A stretch of 39,161 bases of DNA, from the NCBI GenBank assembly GCA_964572095.1, contig CAZNGQ010000001.1, positions 1 to 39,161 of the forward strand, read 5' to 3'. Below, piece after piece: positions 18,460 through 25,848 of this stretch. The position numbers and the translations under genes were made by a program. Each line of letters begins with the position of its first letter. Within the stretch, counting starts at the first letter, position 1. The DNA is from an uncultured Oscillospiraceae bacterium. GTDB lineage: Bacteria > Bacillota > Clostridia > Saccharofermentanales > UBA5734. Below the pieces are notes generated by a model. The model saw only the letters and a program-made list of their open reading frames with translations. It was not told the DNA's origin and searched no databases.

Positions 18460-19657
18460 GCGCCGCAACGGATATCCCGGCGTCCGGCGCGCCAGGCTGA
18501 TGGTCAGCGCCATCCTCCTGTTCAGCCTGGTCGTGATCCTGGCCAACCACCCCTGGAGCGGCGGGGAAGCCCCGGCATCCACGACGGGCGGCATCCCCGC
18601 GGCCACGACAAAGTCCGGTGTCACAACAGCCGCCCCGACCGATGCGACTGCGACGCCGCCTGTTGCGGAACGCAGCCTGCTGTTCTATCCGCCTGTCCCG
18701 CTCGGCGAACCGGGTGCCGCACAGCCCGAGATGCGCCGCTGGCCGGCCTCGGGGTCCGTCGAGACGGTGCGTGATGTGGACCTGGCCGTCTATGCGGGAC
18801 GCTCCCGGACGGGAAAGCCGCTGGAGGGGATCACAGTCATCCTTGACGCGGGACATGGCGGCATCGATTCCGGATGCGGCTATCCGATCGGCATCCGCAA
18901 TCAGGACATCATGGAAAAGGACGTCGCCCTGTCCGTCGTCACCGCGGCGAAAAAAGAGTTAGCAGAGCTGGGCGCCCGCGTGCTCATGATTCGTGACGAC
19001 GATACATTCCGCTCGATATTCTGCCGGCCCGCGATGGTCGGCCGTACCATCCTGCAGGATTTTACCGGTTTGGCGGAACGAGCCGGCATCGAAGCCGGGC
19101 CGATCGAACGGCTTCTCGCCCCGCTCGTCCCGATCATCGATGCGAACGAAGACACGTTTGCGGGCATCATGGGAGGATCCGGCACACCGCTCGACCTCAA
19201 GCATGTGATGGACATCCAGCGGCAGTATCCGGACTGGCTGTTTATCTCCGTCCACTGCAACGCATCCGAATATTACCCCGACGCGCGCGGGCTTCAGGTC
19301 TATTACGATACCAGCGAGGTCGTGCAGCATGACGAACGGCTGGAGGCGCAGGCGATCCCCTCCTCCGATTGGCAGCCGTCCTACCAGTACTACGACGACG
19401 GCGGCAGGCTGAGGATCGCTTCGCTGCTGTACCATTCCATCTCCACCAAGGTGCCCGCGCTGGGCAATGGCACGCCGTCACCGCTCGTGGACCAGGATTT
19501 CGCCATCCTGCGCGAACAGAATCTGGTGAGCGCAATGATCGAGCTCGGGTTCCTGACAAACGACTCCGACCGCGAGGTCCTGGCATCGGCCGACCGGAGG
19601 GCCGACCTTGGCGAAGCCATCGCCGATGCGGTATACTCCTTCTATTGTGAATCTTGA
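18452..19657 (+). CDS. N-acetylmuramoyl-L-alanine amidase (Amidase_3) with an N-terminal membrane anchor
   Basis: Zn-site motifs VILDAGHGGIDSG and FISVHCNA, plus C-terminal ELGFLTND. TM helix LMVSAILLFSLVVILA. Overlaps the upstream gene by 8 nt. Confidence 0.8.
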   Translation: MTERRNGYPGVRRARLMVSAILLFSLVVILANHPWSGGEAPASTTGGIPAATTKSGVTTAAPTDATATPPVAERSLLFYPPVPLGEPGAAQPEMRRWPASGSVETVRDVDLAVYAGRSRTGKPLEGITVILDAGHGGIDSGCGYPIGIRNQDIMEKDVALSVVTAAKKELAELGARVLMIRDDDTFRSIFCRPAMVGRTILQDFTGLAERAGIEAGPIERLLAPLVPIIDANEDTFAGIMGGSGTPLDLKHVMDIQRQYPDWLFISVHCNASEYYPDARGLQVYYDTSEVVQHDERLEAQAIPSSDWQPSYQYYDDGGRLRIASLLYHSISTKVPALGNGTPSPLVDQDFAILREQNLVSAMIELGFLTNDSDREVLASADRRADLGEAIADAVYSFYCES

Positions 19658-19714
19658 CGGGACGTTCCCGTTGCTGGTAGACTGCGGCTCCTTACCGCTA
19701 TTTCGGAGGGTCCA

Positions 19715-20950
19715 TTGAAAGCGAAACCCATTTCGTGTTTCCGTATGAAATCGGCTCGTTCCTGCTTTGCCGTTCTTTTCCTTGCGTCGGCAATCGCGCT
19801 GACCGGTTGCGGCGTGCCGGCGGCGACCACAACCACCGGATCGTTATCCACCACGTCCGCGACCGCCGCCACTTCCCGCACCACGGCCGCCACGAATCGG
19901 ACGGACACAACGTCGACCGCTGCGCCGGAAACGACCGCGACTGCGCCGGCCACAGAACCGACGGCCGTCTCGACAACCATCTACCAGCCGCCGGCAACGA
20001 CCGCCGTTCCGTCGGTCCTGCTGGAGCGCTGGCCGACCGAGTCGAGCCTGCCCCCTCTGTACACTCCCAACCGGGCGAACGCTTCGGCCGCGAAGCCGCT
20101 GGCCGGCATGACGGTTCTGCTGGACGCGGGACATGGCGGCGCCGATCCCGGAGCCGTCGCTGCCGACGGGACCGGAGAGAAAACGATCAACCTGCCGATC
20201 GCGCTCAAGACCCGGACCCTGCTCGAATCCATGGGCGCAACGGTTGTCATGAACCGGACCGACGACTCGTATCTGTCGATCTACTGCCGTGTGGCGAAAA
20301 CCGGCCTGCATATCCTCGGCCGGGCGTCCGGCTTGCCCGGATTTGCCGAGCAGTTCGATCTCTCCACCTACCAGAATGACTTCAACGCCATGATTTCCGC
20401 CAATACGGGCGACCGGGACGGCGCCATGACGGGACGTGGAATGCACCTGGGATTCGGCGTCCGCGAAGAGATCAAAAGGCTGCTGGACCTCGAGCGACAG
20501 TTCACCGACACCATCGTTGTCAGCATCCACGCCAACAGCTCGGGGGCGTCCACGGATGCCCGGGGCCTGCAGATCTACTACGGCCCGACAGAGTATATCT
20601 ACAACGATGAACTGGAAGGGATCACGGAGGACCGCGATACCTATCATTGGGGATATCCGGTTTTCAAGGCGTATACGGGTTACAACGACGCCGCGAGGGC
20701 GAGTCTGGCCGGCAGCGTGTATAGCGCTGTCGCCGGGCTGGTGCCTGAACTTGCCGCAGGCGCAAGTGCGGGCGTACGTGCCGGAAACTACGGGATCCTG
20801 CGGGAGAACGCCTTGACCAACATCCTGGTGGAGACCGGATTCATATCCAATCCCGAGGATCTCGCCATTCTGAAGGACGACGGCAACCAGGACCGGATCG
20901 CACAGGGCGTGGCCAACGGTATTCTGGCCTACTTCACGTCGATCGGCTGA
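19715..20950 (+). CDS. N-acetylmuramoyl-L-alanine amidase (Amidase_3), predicted lipoprotein with a Thr/Ala-rich linker
   Basis: Lipobox LASAIALTGC followed by a T/A-rich low-complexity stretch. Motifs LLDAGHGGADPGA, VVSIHANS and ETGFISNPED. TTG start 5 nt after GGAGGG; the alternative ATG at 19745 has no RBS. Confidence 0.8.
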   Translation: MKAKPISCFRMKSARSCFAVLFLASAIALTGCGVPAATTTTGSLSTTSATAATSRTTAATNRTDTTSTAAPETTATAPATEPTAVSTTIYQPPATTAVPSVLLERWPTESSLPPLYTPNRANASAAKPLAGMTVLLDAGHGGADPGAVAADGTGEKTINLPIALKTRTLLESMGATVVMNRTDDSYLSIYCRVAKTGLHILGRASGLPGFAEQFDLSTYQNDFNAMISANTGDRDGAMTGRGMHLGFGVREEIKRLLDLERQFTDTIVVSIHANSSGASTDARGLQIYYGPTEYIYNDELEGITEDRDTYHWGYPVFKAYTGYNDAARASLAGSVYSAVAGLVPELAAGASAGVRAGNYGILRENALTNILVETGFISNPEDLAILKDDGNQDRIAQGVANGILAYFTSIG

Positions 20951-20983
20951 CGGTTGGACAACACGGCAGGTTCGTTCGGCTGA

Positions 20984-21595
20984 TCAGTTTACCAGACGGA
21001 TGAGTCCCGCTCCGGCCAGCCCGACGAGGCCGGCGGCGACCAGAAGGGCCGGTGTTCCCTGCATGCAGGCGGGGATGCCGGCCGTTTGCATGCGGTCACG
21101 GATCGCTCCCAAAAGGGCCAGCAGGAGGACGCAGCCGCAACAGGATCCCAGCAGGAACACGGCGGAGGGCAGGAACGCCATGGCGGACAATCCGCGATCC
21201 ATGGCCGGATACAAGGCCAATGCGCCCGCCAGCAGATAGATCCGCGCATATCCGGATGGCTGCCGTTCAGCAAGACCGGACTTCAGGGAGTCACTGATCC
21301 GCCTCAACAGGAACGATATGCCGCTGAACAGCGCGAGCAGGACCAGCGGTCCCAGCAAGGCGACCGGGACCACCCCATGCAGGACGCGCAGAATGATCTG
21401 TGCCGCCAGACCGCCGGGCAGCGCGAATACGGCAACCTGCAGCCCGGTACCCAAAGCACTTTTCACGAAATCAGGACAGTGGTCCGCGTCGGCCGGGAAG
21501 AGGCCGGGCAACGTGAACAGCGGTGAGCCGATTCCGATAACGGCGATCAGGAAAAGCAGGGGAAGGCTGGCGGTCAGTTCCGGTAAAGCGGTCAT
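20984..21595 (-). CDS. rnfA: Rnf/Nqr RnfA-like integral membrane subunit (divergent)
   Basis: 203 aa with about six TM helices, in the last position of a C-D-G-E-A gene order. HCPDF resembles the conserved LCPF motif. The C-terminus (IPACMQGTPALLVAAGLVGLAGAG) resembles the RnfA tail. The start ATG overlaps the rnfE stop (ATGA). Confidence 0.6.
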   Translation of the reverse strand: MTALPELTASLPLLFLIAVIGIGSPLFTLPGLFPADADHCPDFVKSALGTGLQVAVFALPGGLAAQIILRVLHGVVPVALLGPLVLLALFSGISFLLRRISDSLKSGLAERQPSGYARIYLLAGALALYPAMDRGLSAMAFLPSAVFLLGSCCGCVLLLALLGAIRDRMQTAGIPACMQGTPALLVAAGLVGLAGAGLIRLVN

Positions 21596-22227
21596 TGTCC
21601 TGAACCTCCCGCGGACATGCCGCGTCCTTTTCCGGACAGCCAGCGCAGGCCGCCCAGCGTGAGACCGGCCAGGATCAATCCGACCGGAATCGAGACGGCC
21701 AGGTCCGCAATACGGGTTCCCGCATCCACAGATCCAAAGAACGTGCCGTACAGGATCCCTTCGCGCAAAATGCCGATCGAAACCAGGACGATGCAGAAGA
21801 AGGCGCCGGTACCGGCCAGCCGCAGGGGCACCGTGTAAATCGGGCCGTCGTTTTCGTCGTTCAGCAGGGACAAGGACTGGACAAGCAGCAGCAGCGGGGC
21901 GGCCAGCATCGGAAGCGGATGCGCATCCACCGGGATCCAGCCCGGCAGGCGGGCGACCAGCCAGACGAGCGAAGACACCGCACACCCGATGGCCACGACC
22001 GGAAGACGGCCACGGGGGAAGCGGCTCCAGCGGCGAAGCAGCTGAAGGGAGCACCAGGTAAGCAGCAGGACCGCCAGCGAGGATATCCCGACCGCCAGCG
22101 CGCTCCAGGCGTGCCCGGCAGCGGCGACCGCCGGGTAGGCGATCGCGAGGCAGGTCAGCCCTGCCGGCAGCCTGTCCGGATCCAAGTAAATCGGGATGTT
22201 GCCTTCCGACATATCGGGTTCGTTCAT
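21592..22227 (-). CDS. rnfE: Rnf/Nqr RnfE-like integral membrane subunit (divergent)
   Basis: 211 aa and polytopic. ILREGILYGTFFG resembles the RnfE 'REllG.G.l' motif. It sits between the rnfG-like and rnfA-like genes. Confidence 0.6.
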   Translation of the reverse strand: MNEPDMSEGNIPIYLDPDRLPAGLTCLAIAYPAVAAAGHAWSALAVGISSLAVLLLTWCSLQLLRRWSRFPRGRLPVVAIGCAVSSLVWLVARLPGWIPVDAHPLPMLAAPLLLLVQSLSLLNDENDGPIYTVPLRLAGTGAFFCIVLVSIGILREGILYGTFFGSVDAGTRIADLAVSIPVGLILAGLTLGGLRWLSGKGRGMSAGGSGQ

Positions 22228-22251
22228 GTCAGCCTCCTGTCCCGGACCGCA

Positions 22252-23622
22252 TCACGATCCGGCGTCCGCCTTCGCGGAGAGAATCCACACGACATACTCG
22301 ACGGCCAGATTGGCGGCCTTGACAACCGCGCGCGACGTGACGGTCGCGCCCGACACCGCGTCGATCAGTCCGGACGCGAGGGCCGGCGTCGGTGTCGCCG
22401 CGGCAACCGCGGACATGCCGGCCTGCAACATGCAGCCGCGCATCAGGTCGAGCGCCGCCGAGACGGGTACCACGACGCCGGGTACTTCGGGAGCGCGGCC
22501 TTCGGAATCGACGGATACGACGGTGGGATCCTGCAGTTTCATCAACCAGGCGGCCATGGCCGCGGCCTGCTCCCCCCATGGGGCGCTGCCCTCGGGTACG
22601 CCGCCGCCGTCTTCCGCATCCGATCGCAGGCTGCCGTCCTCTCGCTCCGCATTCCAGACGATCGACACGATTTTCTCTTTCTCGATCGTGAGTTCGACAA
22701 AATCACGATAACCGGTCGCGGGGTCGAACTGCTCCTGCTGCGCCCGGAACAAGCCGTCGTTGAGCGTTCCGGTCAGGAGGGAGGGGATTGCCGCCTGCGC
22801 CGTACAGGTCTCCGCCAGCGTGACGAACGGCGCGACGGGAATCGTGACGCCTTCCGCCGCTCCGGTGGTGCCGTCGGCATTCACCAGGATGAAGGCGGGA
22901 TCGCCGAGCCGGATCAGAAGGGCCTCCATCGCGATGGCCTGTTCGTGCCAGGGGAGAGCGCCGTCCAGGATGTATTCGCCGTCCTGCGATGCCTTGCGGA
23001 GCGATTTGCCGCCGTCGTCGCGGACCGCGTCCCAGAGTGCGTCCGCAATACGGCCGCCCGACACTTTCATGGTGAATGTGTGGCGGTAGCCGGTCGCGGG
23101 ATCGGCAGCGGCGTCTTCCGCGGAATAGGTGCCGTCCCGCAGTGTCCTCGGCTCCGGATCGGCCGGAGGCTGTTCTCCGCGCAGGTACAGGGGAGCGGTA
23201 CGGCCTTCGAACTGGGTATGGAACACGGGGAGGGTGACGCGGCCGCCGGTCGACTCCGGTTCACCGTGGGACGCGACACGGGCGCCAAGCACCTGGTGGC
23301 CTGTCTTGTCCACCGCCACGCGGACGGTCAGGTCACTGGCGTAGCCGGGAACCTCGACCAGCAGGACATAGCCCAGGCCGCCTCCGTCGGAGGACAGCGC
23401 CTGATGGATATCCAGGATGGAGCGGGCCTTGGTGAATGTACCATCGACAAGCAGGCTTTTATACGTGTCCGCAGGAACCAGATCCTGAAAATCCTCCAGC
23501 AGCCGGCCGTACTCCCGGTTGCGTTCCCGAATGGAGCCGACCGCGTTCATGCCGGCCAGGAGCCCGATCGACACCGCGGCCATGACGACGAGATGGATCA
23601 GCTGCCTACTTCGACTTCTCAT
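22252..23622 (-). CDS. rnfG: RnfG-like FMN-binding subunit, expanded by two inserted tandem FMN_bind-like modules
   Basis: N-terminal TM helix. The RnfG-type N-lobe is (GYVLLVEVPGYASDLTVRVAVDKTGHQVLGARVASHGE). A canonical flavinylation motif DAVSGATVTS lies near the C-terminus. AGGAGG lies 8 nt upstream of the ATG at 23622. Confidence 0.75.
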   Translation of the reverse strand: MRSRSRQLIHLVVMAAVSIGLLAGMNAVGSIRERNREYGRLLEDFQDLVPADTYKSLLVDGTFTKARSILDIHQALSSDGGGLGYVLLVEVPGYASDLTVRVAVDKTGHQVLGARVASHGEPESTGGRVTLPVFHTQFEGRTAPLYLRGEQPPADPEPRTLRDGTYSAEDAAADPATGYRHTFTMKVSGGRIADALWDAVRDDGGKSLRKASQDGEYILDGALPWHEQAIAMEALLIRLGDPAFILVNADGTTGAAEGVTIPVAPFVTLAETCTAQAAIPSLLTGTLNDGLFRAQQEQFDPATGYRDFVELTIEKEKIVSIVWNAEREDGSLRSDAEDGGGVPEGSAPWGEQAAAMAAWLMKLQDPTVVSVDSEGRAPEVPGVVVPVSAALDLMRGCMLQAGMSAVAAATPTPALASGLIDAVSGATVTSRAVVKAANLAVEYVVWILSAKADAGS

Positions 23623-24532
23623 ATCGTGAGCCTCCTGTTCCGCTGGGTCTGGAGCGGGTGAAACGTTCAATGAGGGGGGAGGCGGCGTTCAGGACCAGGA
23701 TCGCCTCGAAGATTCCCGCCGGTGCCGTTCCCCACAGAATGAACAGGGCTGTCAGGAAACCGGTGCCCAGGCCGAACACCAGCCGGCCGACGCGCGTGGC
23801 CGGTGACGTGACCGGATCGGTCACCAGGAAAAACGAGCCGAGCAGGAGGCCCCCGCTGAAGAGGAACGCGACGGGATCGCCCTGAAGCAGGTATTCGCCG
23901 CCGAATGCCCAGTAGAGGAATACGGCGGAACCAAGGCTGGCCAAAGGCGCGGTGAGCAAAATCACCCCGCGCAGGTAGAGGTACGCCGCGCCCAGCAGCA
24001 GAAGCATGGCCGGCGCGGCTCCGATGGCGCCACCCGCATCGGCCGGCCCGCGGGTAAGCAGGCGGAACAGGTCCGAGCTCGTGTCGACGGTCGGAGACAG
24101 GAAAGCCGCAGGCCACACCAAGGCGATCACCGCGCGTCCGGCCAGGGCGGGGTTGAGGAAGTTTCGCCCCAGTCCGCCGAACAGCGACTTGACCACCAGA
24201 ATTGCAAACAGGGCGCCGACCGCGACGGCGGGCAGAGAAATCCCGGCCGGCAGGGTCAGCGCCAGAATCAGGCCGGTCACAGCCGCGCTTCCGTCGGACA
24301 CGGTCATCGGCTTCCGTCGCGCCAGACAGACGCAGCATTCGACACCCAGACAGACCGCGATGGAAACGGCCAGGACGGCGAGCGCGCGCATCCCGTTGTA
24401 AAAGATGGAACCGATTACGACCGGCCCAAGCGCGATCAGGACATCGCGCATCATGCCGGCGGTCGTCCAGTCCCGCGTGATGTGGGGGAAAGCGGCAGGT
24501 TCGCCCTGGATATCGCTTTTCAGCTTTCTCAT
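23606..24532 (-). CDS. rnfD: RnfD/NqrB-family membrane subunit
   Basis: Motifs DGSAAVTGLILALTLP, KSLFGGLGRNFLNPALAGR, FLVTDPVTSPAT and ILVLNAASPLIE. The start ATG overlaps the rnfC stop (ATGA). Confidence 0.8.
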   Translation of the reverse strand: MRKLKSDIQGEPAAFPHITRDWTTAGMMRDVLIALGPVVIGSIFYNGMRALAVLAVSIAVCLGVECCVCLARRKPMTVSDGSAAVTGLILALTLPAGISLPAVAVGALFAILVVKSLFGGLGRNFLNPALAGRAVIALVWPAAFLSPTVDTSSDLFRLLTRGPADAGGAIGAAPAMLLLLGAAYLYLRGVILLTAPLASLGSAVFLYWAFGGEYLLQGDPVAFLFSGGLLLGSFFLVTDPVTSPATRVGRLVFGLGTGFLTALFILWGTAPAGIFEAILVLNAASPLIERFTRSRPSGTGGSRYEKSK

Positions 24533-25836
24533 GACAGGACACCTCCGCCGGCGGAGAAAATCCGGGGCGCCAACCGGCGTTTCGCGGGGCAGGCGTACGA
24601 GCAGGCGCCGCATCCCGTGCAGACTTCGGGGTGCAGTTCCCGGATCCGTTCAGGGTCGTCGAGAAGAATCCGTTCATCGATCCGGTAGGGAAGAAGCTTC
24701 TCCGGACAGGCGCGCACACAGGCGCCGCAGCGGATGCAGACCGTCTCGGTCTCGGCAGGGGCCGGGAGGGCCAGGACAGCGGACGTGGAGGCGGTGACGG
24801 GCGTATCCCGCGACACCACCCGGCCGGTCATCGGGCCTCCGGCGACCAGGCGGTCGGACGCGTCTACCATCCCGCCGCGGAAAGCGACCAGTTCGCCGAC
24901 CGGCGTGCCCAGCGGAACGAGCACGTTTTGCGGATCCCCCATGCGGCCGCTGACCGTGACCACACGCCGGATGACCGGCATGCCGGTTTTTGCCGCGTCA
25001 TGAAACGCGAAGGCCGACGCGACGGGAACAACCAGCGCCCCGACATCCATGGCGCGCCCCCCCGCGGGAATCTCGACGCCAAGCGCCGCACGGACAAGGG
25101 AACGCTCCCCGCCCAGCGGGTAGATGCTTTTCAGGATCGAGATCCGGACATCGGTGCCCTCCACGGCGATCTTCAACGCCTGGATCGCCGCCGGACGGTC
25201 GTCCGGAAGGCACAGGACCGGGATGGCGGCTCCGGCCGCGCGCGCCAGGAGCCGCGCCGCAAAGACCGCCGGGATGGCGTTTTCACGCAGCGGGGCATGC
25301 ACGCAGGTGACATAGGGCTCGGACTCGCACGCGTCGATCAGGACGTACTCGACCGAACGGTCCATCCCGTCCCGCGTGAAGTCACGGTGGAGAGGGCTTG
25401 CGCTGCCGTCCATCCGGACCGCGCCGGCCTCGCGCATCATTCTGCGGATTTCGGCCGGTTCCAGACTCTGGGCGATATCCGCGCCGCCCAACCGGGTGCG
25501 GCGCGGCAACCCGGCGGCCGGTCGGCTGCGCCGGTTGTTCTCGATGGTGACGCAGACAGCGGGTCCGTCGGGGGTTTCGCGCCGGCCGATTCCGGTGATC
25601 CGCCCCGAGACGCTCGCATGGATGGCGACCATGTCATCATCGACCGGTTCCCCGATCACCTGGCCGAGAAGCACTTCGTCCCCCTCGGACACGGCGGCCC
25701 GCACACCGGCACGTTCCGGAAGCGGGATATGGACGGTTTTCGGGGTATAGGAAACAATGCTTTTACCATCGGTGAGCTTGCGCCCGTCATGCCCCTCCAG
25801 TGGTTGTATTCCGAAACGCAGCAGTCGGACAGGCAT
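24529..25836 (-). CDS. rnfC: RnfC-like subunit (barrel-sandwich N-domain, SLBB-like middle domain, 2x[4Fe-4S] C-domain)
   Basis: N-domain ...VAIHASVSGRITGI; DACESEPYVT; YPLGGERSL; AGGPMTG. Two ferredoxin motifs, CIRCGACVRACP and CTGCGACSYACP. GGAGGTG RBS. Confidence 0.8.
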   Translation of the reverse strand: MPVRLLRFGIQPLEGHDGRKLTDGKSIVSYTPKTVHIPLPERAGVRAAVSEGDEVLLGQVIGEPVDDDMVAIHASVSGRITGIGRRETPDGPAVCVTIENNRRSRPAAGLPRRTRLGGADIAQSLEPAEIRRMMREAGAVRMDGSASPLHRDFTRDGMDRSVEYVLIDACESEPYVTCVHAPLRENAIPAVFAARLLARAAGAAIPVLCLPDDRPAAIQALKIAVEGTDVRISILKSIYPLGGERSLVRAALGVEIPAGGRAMDVGALVVPVASAFAFHDAAKTGMPVIRRVVTVSGRMGDPQNVLVPLGTPVGELVAFRGGMVDASDRLVAGGPMTGRVVSRDTPVTASTSAVLALPAPAETETVCIRCGACVRACPEKLLPYRIDERILLDDPERIRELHPEVCTGCGACSYACPAKRRLAPRIFSAGGGVLS

Positions 25837-25848
25837 GAGGCACCTCCA

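Noticed and set aside
21596-22054. Upstream extension of the rnfA-like ORF (356 aa in the track).
   Set aside because: It overlaps the rnfE-like gene out of frame and is Arg/Pro/Gly-rich. The Met at 21595 gives a 203-aa polytopic protein with an ATGA overlap to the rnfE stop.
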